This document shows positions 12,329 to 26,457 of a stretch of DNA of 64,000 nt, one piece after another. The stretch is taken from assembly GCA_004022145.1 (NCBI GenBank), contig RCNU01000003.1; one strand, 5' to 3'. The notes below the pieces were generated by a model, which made no database searches, was not told the origin of the DNA, and saw nothing but the letters and a program-made list of their open reading frames with translations. Both the position numbers and the translations under genes were made by a program. The DNA comes from Paecilomyces variotii (Eukaryota). Within the stretch, counting starts at the first letter, position 1. Each line of letters starts with the position of its first letter.

Positions 12329-13848
12329 CTATGAAGCAAAGACCCGTACACTCAAGTCTACGCTACCCGTCGCGATCACACATCTGATCGCTAGTTTGTT
12401 CGGGTCGTCCTTCTTCGCCCCGTTCGTTACGGGCGTGGACGAGCCATTGGTGCTTGCCTCCCCATTAGCTGCTGCGTCTTTAAGCATACTGGGTGCCCAT
12501 CGGATGCAGCTGACGAAGTGTCCGTGAACATTGTCGATTGTGCGAACGCACTTGCACTCCTGGGTGAGATCCCAGCAACGGATGGTCTTGTCATCTGATA
12601 CGGACAGAAGATATTTCCCTCCTGGATGGAAGACCAGCGCACGCACCCAGTTGTCGTGTCCAACCAACGTCTTGATCAACGTCCCCCGAGAGTCCCATAG
12701 TCGGATCGTCTTGTCTCGAGAGCCAGTAGCAGCATATTCAGCAGAGGAGGACGCGGGTGGTGGCTTCTTAAGCCCAGCCAGCCCAGCCAAGTGTGGGTAC
12801 GCAGTAGCGGGGGCGAACGCAACACACTCAACGACGTGTTCATGGCCGAGGAAGGTCGCCTTCGTCTCCCCAGAAGAGATATCCCAGAGTCGGGGTATCC
12901 GGTCATCTCCACCGGAGAAGAGAAAACGGCCATCTGGTGACGGGGCGACGTCACGTACCCATTCCAAGTGGCCCTGCAACGTCTTAACGCAATATCCTGT
13001 TGTGACGTCCCATATCCGCAAGGTCCTGTCTCTTGACGCGGAGACAAGAAGATTGCCAGATGTAGGTGAACCAGCGGCTCCAGACGGTATGAATCGAACT
13101 GCAGAGACACTGTGATCGTGACCGGGAAGCGTTCGGATGTTTTTGTACTCATCGGACGGGTCCCACAGTTTTATCGTTAGATCGGACGAGCACGATGCAA
13201 GTAAGGTACCACCTCGAGGTCCACCATAATCCACATCCAGAACCGCCCTGGTGTGACCTTTGATTGTCCTCTCCAGCTCTCCTAGCTCCCAATCCCAGAT
13301 TTTGATTGTCGTATCTTCAGATCCAGACGCGAGAGACGAGAAGATCGGGTGGAACGCAACGCAGGTAACAGGCCCACGATGCGACTGAAGATCATGTCGA
13401 GGCGGGGCACGAGGTAGCCAAGACACAGGATCCTGATTCCTTCGAGAGAGTGATGTTGGTGTGGCAGAATCCAGCTCCGATTGCAGCGCAGCACATCTTG
13501 ATTCTAGGTCCATTATCTGGGGGGAAAGCGGGGCACGGTCAGTTAAATTCGACTCTGCTGGTAGCACCACGTATATATTCCCACCTTCTTCTGTAAGCGA
13601 ACGACACTCGTCCACTTCTTCTCCAGTAGCCCTTCATATTTCTTCGTTGTGGCATCGTCCAGGGTAATCGAGTCCGCGAGCTCCTCCCTCAGGGCAGCTG
13701 AGCTCTTGGGGAGATTCACAGAAGCCAAGTAGGCTATGATGGATTTGTGGCTATACGGGAATCAATTAGCTTCTCGTCAGCTGGTCCAGCAGCTTCCCCG
13801 GAGCACTTACAGTTCCTCCGCCTGCCGCGATGTGAGTAGTTGGCTCAT
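12329..13848 (-). CDS. nudF: Nuclear distribution protein NudF / LIS1 / Pac1 (LisH, coiled coil, WD40)
   Basis: [21 protein letters not shown] (LisH), [24 protein letters not shown] repeats such as [14 protein letters not shown] and [13 protein letters not shown]; two introns near the 5' end. Confidence 0.95.
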
Positions 13849-14742
13849 GATCGCGGCAGAATTGAGCGCAGTGACTCGAGACAGTCGATGTCAGAAACGG
13901 TCATCCGCAACCGTCAGCGGCAGTTTCAACGTTAGCTCTGGGCCTCGCGACCACGGAGATGAAGCAGAATATGTCCTGCAGAACAGATCACTGGTGGCTC
14001 GCGGGGTTTTTGTTTTGGATCAGGGGCCAGAAGCGTTAGTTATTTGATCGGGCAGCGGTCAGCGTGTGGTTCCTGCAGGACAAAGAACAGCAGCACGGGG
14101 CAGGTGGTTTTGAAGCCAGGCCAGATCAGAGAGCAGCAGCCTTGTCTGCAGCATCTGGACGCTAGGAGGAGAGTTGGATGATGCTGTGCTGTCAATCTGT
14201 TGTGTCTCGCCAAACCAGCGGGGAAACGTCCACAGGCCCGCGGGCCGCATCGGAAATGCCAAGCCTGGAATTCCCTTGGGTCGCGAAGTCACCACAGCGA
14301 TGGCAGCCACGGACACTTTGTTGACATCTCTTGCTGTCGCTTTTCTCCGCACATTGTTCTTCACAACCACGGCCACCGTCAGAGTCTAGGTTGTTGCAGG
14401 CTGATTCCATCATCAAGACGAAAGCCATCGGGCACAGCGCGCCGCCTTGTTTATTTATTGAATGACGACAGCTGCTCCGTGCGACAAGTTACGTATATAC
14501 GCTACGCACACTGTGCATGAAAGCCAGTGGAGCGCGTTGGACTGGTCTTTTGGGGCTCACATATAGACCAGGTGCGTCTTTACTCTATCATATGAGACAT
14601 TATCTGTTGAATTTCACAGAGCACCTTCTGCCTGCGCACCTATTCGATATTTGATCTAACAAGCGGTGCGGATGCTAACGGCAAAGTCACTCAACCAGAA
14701 AAGCAAGACACCCTTGAAATTCATCATTGAATAGTCGCAGAT

Positions 14743-17699
14743 ATGGCGGAGGCAGAAGAGGACTTTTCGTCTTTGCCATTGCCCGATCGTTTTACACACA
14801 AGGTCCGTCAATTCTACCCCGCCATACCACGTGCGATGTCGATGTTGATGCTGATTCCTTGTCTGGCAGAATTGGAAAGTCAGGAAAGAGGGCTATGAGG
14901 ATGCTGCAAAGCAATTCGAAAAGACACCCGATGAATCGGACCCTGTGTTTAGACCGTTCTTGCAGGATCCTGGGCTATGGAAAGGTGCTGTTGCCGACTC
15001 CAACGTCGCCGCACAGCAAGAGGGTCTCGCTGCTTATTGCGCCTTTCTGAAATATGGAGGCGTCCAAGCGTGCACGAGGTGTGTTTCCCCAGATGCACCT
15101 GGTATTTACACTACAAGGATTGGCTAATCTATCTATCTAGAACTCGGGGGACCACCGTCGGTCCCATCGTGGAGAAGGGCCTTCCGTCGATGCGTGCCGC
15201 AGCAAAGACGAGTTCAGTAGAAGCTCTACTGCTCTGCATCGAACTGGACAAGTCTGAGCCCGTGATCGAAGACCTTCTTCCCGCCCTGTCGCACAAACAA
15301 CCGAAGATCATTGCCGCGTCGCTGGCAGCGTTGACTGCCATCTATCATAACTACGGGTGTAAGATCGTGGACCCGAAACCGGTCCTCAAGGTGCTGCCCA
15401 AGGTTTTCGCGCACGCAGATAAGAACGTCCGAGCGGAATCTCAGAACCTGACGGTGGAGCTTTACCGGTGGCTCAGGGAGGCGATCAAGCCATTGTTTTG
15501 GGGAGAACTGAAGCCCGTACAACAGCAGGACCTCGAAAAGATGTTTGAAAATGTCAAGCAAGAAGCTCCCCCAAAGCAGGAGAGGTTTACACGAGCACAA
15601 CAAGATGCGATGGCGGCTGCTAGTGCTGCTCCAGGCGGTGACGAGGGAGAAGGCGGGGAAGGAGAGGAGTATGGTGAGGAGGACGAGGGAGAAGTCGACG
15701 TTTTCGACCTTGCAGAACCAGTTGATGTGATGCCCAAGGTGCCGAGCGATTTGCAAGAGCAGCTCTCTTCTTCGAAGTGGAAAGACAGAAAGGACGCCCT
15801 GGACGCGCTACACAACGCTTTGAACGTGCCGAGGATCAAGGAGGGGCCCTTCGACGAAATTGTGAGAGGGCTGGCGAAGTGCATGAAAGACGCAAACGTT
15901 GCTGTGGTCACTGTGGCCGCAAACTGTGTCGACCTTCTCGCAAAAGGACTCCGCCAGGGATTCGGTAAATACAGGTCGACGGTCATGGGGCCTATGCTGG
16001 AACGATTGAAGGAGAAAAAGCAGTCAGTAGCAGATGCTCTGGGGCAAGCACTCGACTCGGTCTTTGCGTCAACGAACTTGTCCGAGTGTCTCGAGGAGGT
16101 CCTTGAGTTCCTGAAGCATAAGAACCCCCAGGTCAAGCAGGAGACGCTGAAGTTCTTGATTCGATGCCTCAGGACGACCAGGGAAGTTCCCTCCAAGCCT
16201 GAAGTGAAGTCGATAGCTGAAGCCGGTACCAAGTTCCTCACCGAGTCGAGCGAGGTCAATCGTGCCGGGGGAGCTGAGGTACTTGGAACGCTCATGAAGA
16301 TTTTGGGAGAGCGAGCGATGAATCCGTACCTCGACGGTCTTGACGACATCAGGAAAACGAAGATTAAGGAGTTCTACGAGACGGCAGAAGTCAAGGCTAA
16401 GGAGAAACCGAAGCCCGTGGCAGCTCCCCCCAAAGCTGCTCCTCCAGCAGCCAAGAAGCCTCTTGGGACAAAGAAGCCCGCTTTGGGTCTCAAGAAACCG
16501 GCTCCTGCAGCGGCTCCTCCAGCGGCGGCGGCTCCTCCTCCTCCACCTGCAGAGGAACCTGCGCCAGCTCCCTCTCGGCCTAAGCCTGCTGGCAGAGGAA
16601 TTCCGTCTAAGCTCGGTGGTATTCCAAAAACCAGCGGGCTCGCTACACCCGGTTCTGGGCTCAAATTGCAGCGAAAGATCCCCGCAGCCAATCCTGCTTC
16701 GCCGCAGCGACGAGTTGCATCTCCGACATCTGAAGACGCACCTACGCCTGCTCCTCCTAAATTCGGACTCGGTCGAGGCCTTGCTGGGCGTCCCATTGCA
16801 AGATCTGCGGCGGCTGAACCTGCTCCGGCCCCGGCTCCGGCTCCTGCAGCACCCGCAATGTCAGGTCTTGCGGCCGCTGAACACGCTGAACTAGAAGAGC
16901 TTCGCCTCGAAAAGGAGCACTGGTTGAGGATGAATGAAGACCTCAAATCGGAGCGATCACGCCTCGCCTCCCAGATCACCGAACTGCAGAACCAGAATGC
17001 GCAGCTGATCGAGGATCATACGAGAGATGTCTTGAGCATAAAGGCTAAGGAGACACAGCTAGTGAGGGCGCGCAGTGATGCTGAGGCGGCGGAGCAGACT
17101 GTACAGAAGCAGCAGAGGGAGATTGAGCGATTAAAGCGTGAGCTCTCACGGGCTGTCCGTGCAACTGCAATTAGTCCGCCCACTGTTCCAGATGGCCTCA
17201 ATATGGGTGTGACGGATCACGCATCGATATATCACGAAACGGGCAGCAACGGTAACGGGGCGCCCTCCCGTTCCGGTCTCCACATGGGATCCCGGTTTGA
17301 TGCTGCCCGGTCAAGGAACTACATGTCTCCAAGCCCGAGCGATGAGAAGGAGAACAATGGTATGGAGTCTCCGGGTCGCAGCTCCAGGGACAGCGGTAGT
17401 TTGGGTAGGAACAATAAACTGAGTCCCACAGTCGGGTCTGGCTTTTCAAACATGGGAAGCCCAATCCGATCATCCAACTCTCTTAGATACGGATCTGGCA
17501 GTCATTCGGGAGAGGAACAGCCTGCACGGTCTGCAGAGCCTGCTGAAAACTGGAAGAGGGCAGCGGAGGTAACCAGCCAACTGAAGGCCAGGATCGAGCA
17601 GATGAAGGTTCGTACTCGAGTTACTTGACAAAGGGTGGAAGATACTAACGGGATATGCAGGCAAGGCAAGGGCTCACGCGACCTCCGACGCAGCGTTAA
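14743..17699 (+). CDS. alpA: XMAP215/Dis1-family microtubule polymerase (AlpA/Alp14/Stu2-like)
   Basis: MAEAEEDFSSLPLPDRFTHK/NWKVRK (TOG1), SSKWKDRKDAL (TOG2), Pro/Lys-rich linker, C-terminal coiled coil; three introns, the last 17608-17660; stop at 17699. Confidence 0.9.
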
Positions 17700-20016
17700 T
17701 GACGAATGACACGGTCTTATGTTGGATTCCCGGCGCCTGTTGACATGATTATTATTCCTACGCCATTTAAATCACCACCTTCTCTGGCTGGCTCTTATGC
17801 ATGCCTTCTTTTGACCGGTTTGCAGATGTTCGGTCGGTTCATTAATTCATCACTTCCCACGGCAATACCCTGTGTTCGTTTTTGACCCCTGACTTTTAGA
17901 GGTGCCTCTGCTGTTGGTTCGAAGTCGGGTGACTTCTTTTCTCATGTATGTATTTAATGCGATTGTTTTGCACGTCAATATACCAAATCCAAGGGACTCT
18001 GCGCCTTGGTACTGGCGCGGCCTTTTCTCCTCAAATATTGCCGTTGCAAATGCTTTAGGACGAGCCTAGCTCCATTCAGTTGATATTCGAAGCCGTTTTG
18101 CCATCCCATTCACAACGTACTTAGATCAGCACGGAAGCCCTCGTCGATTTCTAACATCGATACAACATAAATCAATTCCAGTATCCCGGCCAGCCTTCCT
18201 TGCCTGAGTTACTTAAGTATAGAAGGTTAAAATGGCCTTTCTTTTCTATACAACCAAACTAAATAATCCTGTCTCTCAATCCGCGCGTTTGCGCACGGGT
18301 TTAGCGTTGCGCATCTTGGCGGCATGTAGCTACTAGTAACTTGTTTCAAATCAGGTTAATTTCGATGCCCGGACTGCTAAATAGGAAGGGCCAGTTCTGA
18401 AGGCATTTCGCGATACAGATGCTTGTTCTATATACTTGCTATTATTACATCTATATATGTACAATACAATACAATACAACTTGGGACTCTCAAGCTTCCC
18501 TTTCCCTCCGTCAGTGTTAACTACCTAATTATATTGATGATGTTCATTTACGATTTTCAGGCTATATACTAAGTAAGTACCTGCTGCACTTCTCATGTAA
18601 CTACTTAGCAAGCTTATGAATCATTCAAACATCTACCTACCTACCTACTCTCTAGATTCTTACGAATCTATTTATCATCTTGAAGTTCCCTAGCAGAGCT
18701 ACGCTTATCTGATTCCCACTGCAATATCTTCCGTTATCAGACGTAAGAAACTGGCCTTGTTCTCTCCTCCTTTTTCTTCAAGAATAGTTTCTCTCTCTGC
18801 TCTCAAGCGGAATCCGATCTTTTACCATATCTTCAGCGCGGAAATTACCTACAACAATAATAAAAAAAATCAGTCAGAGTTACTGAGTGACTAAGGTTGG
18901 GGGGGGCGGGGGATTATTGGAGCTTAGTTAGTTACCTTCTTCAGAAAAGATTTTAATTTATGACTTAAGTCTCCCTCGAGCAAGAAGAGAGTGGGCGGAG
19001 CGGGGCCAAGTAACCTTAAGTATCATCTCAGCGAGGTGGGCTTGACTTCGATAAGTATGTATGGGATTTTGGGTCAAGTCCGGTGAGCTAGTTCCAAACC
19101 CCAGTTGTCCTACGATCTGATACCGGTCGTTGAGGATTTCTCCTATTCGAGCAGGATAATACCGCGAAGCAATATAATCTGGTATGGTCTCCTCTTCAAG
19201 TTTCTGGCTTACTGGTATCCGGGTAAAGTTCGAATTGGAAAAGGTAACGGGCTTTCCATGTCCGTCCTAGTCGGGGTAAAGAGCGTAGAAGCGATGGTAA
19301 CATTATCTGAAGCGAAAGGAGCAGGCTGATTAAATAGAGCTCCCGAAATGGAAGAGCAGAACGAATGTGATCACCGCCATGTATGGATGAAGATGTGAGA
19401 ACAACAGAAAGGAGTAGACAAGACGATAACCTTGCATCACGTGGTCCACTTCTAGACTGCATTTATTGAGATCTCGACGCTTGTTATTAGGATTTTTAAT
19501 GTGGAAGCTTATTTGATATCGATGTTATAGGTTCGACCTCTGCCGTTAGTGTCACTGCATAGTCAAACTGGAACCCGAGAACGCAATACTAGTATGTGAG
19601 GTTTAGCCACCCGAACTTGATCAATATCAACTCAGTGATATCGAGTAGTAATCAGGGGTAAACTAGTTAGCAAGGAAATTTAGCAAAGTCAACGAAAAAC
19701 AACCAACTAACTAAACAAGTTAAGATAAACGGATCTACTGAGCAGAACTAAACCTAATAAACCTAATAGATCCATAAGGCTAGTACGTAAATCTCTATGT
19801 ACTGTGCGTTATATACTTGCAAATACACTTCTACAACTAGTCAACAGGTAACTAGCAATATGGAATAAATAATAATAATACTAAAAACTATAGAAAAATA
19901 AGAAAGCTAAGCTAACCTAATGAGACAGAGATAGAGACATAACGGAAGGAGAGAAAATGACAAGACATAGTCCCGTAGGTTCGAGTGAGATGAGAGAGTA
20001 TGGTGGGAAAGCTCGT

Positions 20017-20036
20017 TGTGTGTGTGTGTGTGTGTG
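20017..20036. repeat. (TG)10 microsatellite downstream of epsin
   Basis: Read directly from the sequence. Confidence 0.85.
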
Positions 20037-20555
20037 AGTGTGCCTGTGGACAGAAATATGTATATGTATATCGACATAGGAAAGAAAACAGGATGTGGTA
20101 TGTAGTATGGGATGAGAAGTCAATGTCACAAGAAATGGAAGCTCGAAAGGAGGGGAATAGAAAGAAAAAAAGGTATCTGGTCGGATACTGTATCCCTGTA
20201 CTGTACTTTTTTCTTTTCTGATGACGCATATTTGCATACAGTATGACAGACAGGACAGTACAGAAGCTTGGAATGAGACAGATGCAAGAACTAGAACCAA
20301 AGGAAAAGAAATAGAAAAAGGAACCGTAAGAATTACCATCTTGTCCCAACGCAGCAAGAAGAAATACCCCCTTTGGTATCAGGAAACCCATCAAAGAGAC
20401 AACGCTCCCAGTCCGAATTCAAAGCAAGCAACCAGCATAGTACCAACGGTTTGGAAAATAGGAGAGGGCCGGCTATGTCCTCATCACGACTACCACCATA
20501 TATGTCCACCCAGCGGCCTAATCTCACTCTTGTACCACCACCATACAACCCCCCC

Positions 20556-22523
20556 CTACAGGTCAATCAAGCTGCCACCCTGCTGAGGCTGCTGTTGGAA
20601 ACCCTGTTGGCCCCCATATGGGTTGACGTTCTGCTGCATATATCCGGTCTGGCGCGGAACTCCGGTAAATGACTGCGTCAGGAACGGGTTGTTGCCCGTC
20701 TGCTGTGCGCGGAGACGGTCCAGACCTTGACCGGCCGAGTTGACGAAGGTACCCGGAGCCGTGTGCTGGGCCGGAATACGCAGATCACCCACATTACCAA
20801 AGGTATCCTGTCCTTCACCAGTGGCCAACAGTGCATTGAGACGAGCAACATGCGGGTCCTGGTTGACCTGGGGCGGGGTGCTTCTGGGCGGCGAGGGTGC
20901 CCGGTAGTTGAGAATCGGGTTGTTGGCCGTATTGTTGAACTGTGTCGTCGTTCGCTCCTCAGCCAGAGTGTTGAGACTGGGAGGTTGCGGCCGCTGCGGC
21001 TGACTTTGGGTCTGGAGCTGCTGGCGCGTGAACGACGAAGCGAACGGGTTGTTAGACCCAGTGGGCATCGGCTTGAGGGCCTCAGCGGACGGCTGCTGGC
21101 CGGCCCACGGGTTATGGCTGCCGGGCTGCAGATAGTCGTTCTGCTGCTGCTGTGGCTGTTGCTGTTGTTGCTGCTGCCCCCAGACATCGGTGCCGTACGG
21201 GTTGTTGGAGAAGGCAGTCTGTTGCGGCTGCAGCGTGGGTTGAGGCTGCAGGAAAGAGCTCTGAGCTTGGCTGTACTGCATCTGGTTGTAGCCGGTGGGC
21301 TGCATCTGCAAGCCGTTGGTGTATCCGTTCTGGTAGCCGGTGGGCTGGGTCTGGAATCCAGTCGGTTGCGCATACTGGTTGTTCAGATAACCCGTCGTCA
21401 TGGGCTGTTGAGTGTCCACGGGGTTGCCAAACCAGTCGACGGCAGGCTGCTGCTGGTAACCCTGGTTGTAACCGGTGGGTTGCGCCTGGGCGGGAGTGTC
21501 GTCGAACAGCGATTGAGCATTGCTTTCCTCGAGCTCGCGTCTCCGCAGTTCCTCCTCTTCCTTGCTCAGCTTGATCGCCTTGGCTAAGTCGTCATCCTCC
21601 TCGGCGGCCATCTTCGCCTTCTCGCGGCGCCTGCGCTCCTCCTCTGCTTCCGCCTTGCTGGCCTCGATCGCCTTGCGGTACTCTTCATCATCGTCATCAT
21701 TGCGGGGTCTGCGCTCGCGTCGCTCTGGCCGGCGAATGGGCTCGTTTCCGAAGCCATGATAATCATCCAGGCCGCTCACGCGCGACTTCCAGAGTTTCCG
21801 GTCCGATCGCTCGCTCCGTAGTCTTTCCTCGTCCATGATAAGCGCTGTAAGCTCCTTGGCAGAAACACGGACTATCAATCCATTAGCCACGTCGAAGCCC
21901 TGATCCCGTCCATCCAGCCAACTCACCGTTCTGACCGACATCTCTGCCGTCGTCATCGATGTATTGAAACTCGCGCAGAGTCTTGATGATGTAGACGTTC
22001 TTCCGGGCCCAGGTGACGACGAGCTCGGAGCCTTCGTGGAGACAGTAGTCGAGAACCTTCAACGACTTCAACACATGGCGCCAGTTCTTGCCCTTGTCGT
22101 TGAGTCGCTTGTCCAACATATCCATAATCTCGTAGAAATCAGTGGGACTGAAAAGGAACAGTAGGTCAGCACGATGCGAATCCCCCATCACAGAAAGCGG
22201 TCTGGAAGGCGACCTACTTGTTGAAGGTCAGGGCCGCGATCTCGGCCATCTCAGTGCCCGTCGGGCCCCAGGGGTCATTACTTGTCGCTATTCACGTCGA
22301 ATGTCAGTCGATGGATTCGTTGCAGGAAGGCCCCTTTTGTTCAGGAGCGTCGACACCCCAGGCGACCATAAAGCTCGCATGTCGCAAGTGGCCATGCAGG
22401 CCGGTTGCAGGAGAGAACGATAGGTTCAGTTATCGAAGAGACGAACTCACCATTTCGAACCTTGATCTGTACCGACGAATACCCCTTGGTAACGTTCTTG
22501 ACGCTTCGCACGACTTTCGACAT
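20556..22523 (-). CDS. Epsin (Ent1/Ent2-like)
   Basis: ENTH domain MSKVVRSVKNVTKGYSSVQIKVRN/ATSNDPWGP and NWRHVLKSLKVLDY; two UIMs (KAIEASK, LAKAIKLSK); QPTG repeats; NPF motifs; C-terminal clathrin box LIDL; three introns. Confidence 0.94.
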
Positions 22524-22926
22524 GATTGTTGCTGTGTAGTGGTCCTAGTGGAAAACCGGCTGTTCCAAACCAACTCCCTGAATGCGAACCGATAGTTATT
22601 GTTTGAGAACCAGCTCTTGTTTTCTTTTCGATCTAATTTTTGTTTTTTTGAACGACGCCGCGGTGAATAATTATGGCTTCCCCTTTGCGATTCCAGGAAT
22701 TCTGTCTTCTCCTGATTATAGGTTGAGAGAGGGCGTCAGACCGGCTTGCGGCGTTGCACGCATGCACCCCTCCCGACGGGCGCTTGGGAAGGAAACGGGG
22801 GGAGATGAGGCGACCGGGAGGCGAGAAAAACGCGACCAGCAGTCAATACGGTCAGACACGAGATAGTCCCGATCTTCCGGCGATCGCAGTGGTAAGGGGA
22901 TCCAGCAAAGACTGGAAGTTTGGTGG

Positions 22927-22994
22927 GAGAGAGAGAGAGAGAGAGAGAGAGAGGGAAAGGGACAAGGGGTGGCTAGTTAGTTAGTTAGTTAGTT
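22927..22994. repeat. (GA)13 and (TAGT)5 microsatellites upstream of epsin
   Basis: Read directly. Further (AG)n runs occur at 23804-23825 and 26427-26454. Confidence 0.85.
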
Positions 22995-24362
22995 GAGCTG
23001 ATGAGGGAGGAATGCGGAGGTTGGGCGATGGAAGGTCGTTTTGGGAGGTGACGAACTCGAGTGGCTTTGCTTACGGATTATTGGTTATTCAATTAGTTAT
23101 TTAGGCACGGATGGCGACAATGACGATGGCAAGGAGATTTATTCTGATTCTTATTCTGATTTCTCTCCGAAGATAATTCACTTATTCTTGTTATTTTTTC
23201 CTGTTCCTGCAGCCCGTTCTAGAATCCTCTCCTTTTTCTCAAATCCTGCCAACTCAACTCATCCGGAGTGCCGGTAGAAGAAGGATGTTCGTTCGTCACC
23301 CTGGGGCCTGAAGGGAACAAGAGAACAAGAACAGAACAACTCAACTGATGCTTTTACAGAATACTCTAAGTTACTAATTTATCCTATCATTAACTACTTA
23401 CTTTAGTTAATTAGTTAACTTAACTAATAGGAAACCATAATTCTTCACTCAGCCACACCTCGCTTTCGTCCGTCTTGTGTAAAAAGAGATGCCTAGATAG
23501 CCCAGACGCTAGAGGAGAGTGTATTATTATTTTTTTCCAATTACCATAACCAGTTGGATAGGACAATCAAAGCAAAACACATTAATTACTCGAAGTTCGC
23601 TACCAAACAACGTCATCGTCGTTTTCTTGTCTTGATTATCACTTTTCCTTGGACGGCGTCACAGTTTTACATTCTTTAGTTAGTTAGTTAGTTACTACTT
23701 AGCTTGGCGCTTCTAGAAACTCTGGACAACTCCTGAGCTGTTGAACAACCATCTGGTCGATCTTCTCTTAAGTAACTCTACTTATGGAGTAGAAGATCAC
23801 AGTAGAGAGAGAGAGAGAGAGAGAGTCAGTGTTGCGTGCTATGCTGTAAAATAAATTTATTATTTTGTCCCCCGGTTAACTTTTATTCAATAGTATTATT
23901 CTTCCAATAATAATAGTTAACTAGTTTCTCATATGAGTTAACACTCTCAATTTGTCGTAACTTGACGGTTCATTCATTCTATTATTTATGACCTCACAGT
24001 ACATACTATATGCACGATGCCGGGCCTATTCCCTATCAGACTCTAGATCAAGACCTTACTTTACCATACAATCATTGGCTCGACTCATACTCATAGTATA
24101 TACTAAAGTCATGCATATGTCCTATGGAAAAGTCTCATGAGGTAATGAGGTAACTAGAGTAAATGAGATATGATATGGTCACGATGCAGGACCAGAATCC
24201 ACACCGGAATGCAGAAGGGAAAAAAGAAAAGCACAGCTTTTAGATAAGAAGCCTCGCAAAATCAGACGCCTCCGTCCTCGAAAATAAATTAATGCACCAT
24301 TTCTTCCGGTCATCGTAACATTCTAATTTATATGCTGAATTCGTTTTTTTTTTTTTTTTTTT

Positions 24363-26232
24363 TCATCTCTGCTCGGATGCCGCGGCCTCCCGCTCTAGCA
24401 GGAGATACTTCTCCTCCGCACCCTTGATACACGCGATGTTGGCCCCCAGCTTGTTCAGCGTTTCGACATACTCGTCATACGGGTCCGAGTCGAACACGAT
24501 ACCACCGCCCGCTTGCAGGTATGCGACCCCGTCCTTGAGCAGCATCGTCCGCAGCGCAATGCACGTGTCCATCGCGCCCGGCAGTTCCGTCGACCCGTCC
24601 ACGCTGGCACGGTTGAAACCGAAGTAACCGACGGCGCCAGCATACACGCCTCGTTTCTCGCCCTCCAGCTCGGCGATGAGCTGCATGGCGCGCACTTTCG
24701 GCGCACCCGACACGGTGCCTGCAGGAAAGATGGAGCGGAAGGCGTCGAAGCGAGTCTGGCCGGGACGGAGCACACCGGATACTTGAGAGACCAGATGCTG
24801 GACGTGAGAGAACTTCTCGACCACCATCAATCGGTCCACCTGCGTAGTCATGGGGTCGCACACCCGGTTGACGTCGTTGCGCGCCAGGTCGACGAGCATA
24901 ACGTGCTCGGCGCGGTCCTTGAGACTGCCGCGCAGCTCCTCCGCCAGCGCAGCATCCTCCTCCGGAGTCTTACCACGCTTCACCGTGCCCGCAATCGGGT
25001 GGGAGATGATCCGTCCATTCTCCTCCTTCGCCAGAAGCTCGGGACTGGCTCCCACCAGCTGGAAGTCTTCGCAGTCGATGTAGAACAAGTAGGGCGACGG
25101 ATTGACCGTGCGCAGGTGGCGGAATAGGTTAAATGGATGCAAGGTCGTCGGGCGTGCGAGACGCTGCGATGGCACTGCCTGGAAGATATCGCCCACGACG
25201 ATGTGTTCCTTCAGACTCGTCACATGTTTCTCGTAGCCTTCCCTTCCGATGTTCGACGTATACTCCTGGTTGGGTTTGATCGGCGGCTGCGGAGGCAGCG
25301 GGGTGTCTGGTCGCAGCAGCACATCAATAGTCTTTTGTATGACTTCCTGGCCCTTGCGATACGAAGCTTCCAGTTCTGAATCATCCGCGGGGATGGGGAC
25401 GTAGGTGATGACCTTGACAACCTGGAAGAAGTGGTCGAACGCGATGATAGTGTCAAATAGCATGAAAAACGACTCCGGGACACCGAGGACATCCTTGAGC
25501 GGCCGGGCCGTCTTGGGTTCGAAATATCTGACGCAGTCATATCCCACGTAGCCAATCGCTCCTCCGTTCAAGGGAGGCAGGATAAGTCCTGGTACCGTTG
25601 CAACGCGGAACTGATCCAGCTCCTCCTCGAGGAGTGGCAGCGGATCGCACTCAGGGCCATGACCGGGACCGGTCTTTAACACTTTCCTGGGGTCTTTTCC
25701 CGACAATCGTATATCAGCTTGTGTCCGGGAATAGTCAACAAAGAATCCTGGACAGTGCGGCACCAACCTGCTCCCACGAAACTGTATCTCCCAATCGTCT
25801 CCGTCGTCGCCGCGCTCTCGTAGAGGAAGGACAATTTCGACCTGTAACCCGCCACGCATCCTCCAATCAGCATACTATTCGCGAAAGGGGCCCAAGCAGC
25901 GAGATCTGCCCATAGAACGCCAGTTTACCACTACTCACTTCGCAGCAATCTTCAAATACGCCAACGTCGGAGTCAACAGGTCCGCCGGAATGGACGCAGA
26001 GAGAGGAAGGAGATTGGGAGGGAACTTGGCGCCTCTCGACCGCGCAACAACATCGCGCGCAATCTCCAACGAGGGTTGTACTGTGGCCTGTCTCGAAATC
26101 ACCGACACAAATTAGTCACAGGGCACACAGTCAGCCAAAGAGCGCGCCCGCTGCGGGGTTTGGAAGACGCAACGGGGAGAGAGACGAAGCGAAATTGAGA
26201 TTGCAAAGACCTGTACGTACCGGCGGTGTCAT
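24363..26232 (-). CDS. trpE: Anthranilate synthase component I
   Basis: SFLYESAATTETIGRYSFVG, GDIFQAVPSQR, NPSPY, HPIAGT, AEHVMLVDLARND, FPAGTVSGAPKVRAM, QAGGGIVFDS. Start MTPP at 26232 followed by three short introns. Confidence 0.95.
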
Positions 26233-26423
26233 GGCTGCTGTGCGCGGGCTGTATCAGCGACAGGATCGCTGCAAGGCGTTTCCCTCCTCAAATCGAGTTG
26301 AAAGGATGGGGTAAGATGGGCTCGGAGGAAAAGGCGGGCGGGAATCAATTATTTTCGGCGGCGGGGTTCCCGGAGCGTTGGAGAAGTACTCTTAATGGTG
26401 ACAGCCTCTATCAGGACAGCTGG

Positions 26424-26457
<34 letters not shown>

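Noticed and set aside
19115-19625. Fragments resembling a fungal TPP riboswitch (ggataataccgcgaag; gaacttgatc)
   Set aside because: The pieces are about 450 bp apart, in the wrong order, lack the CTGAGA element, and there is no thiamine gene nearby.
22974-22994. (TTAG)n as a telomeric remnant
   Set aside because: It is not TTAGGG; it is a short internal microsatellite that recurs in several spacers.
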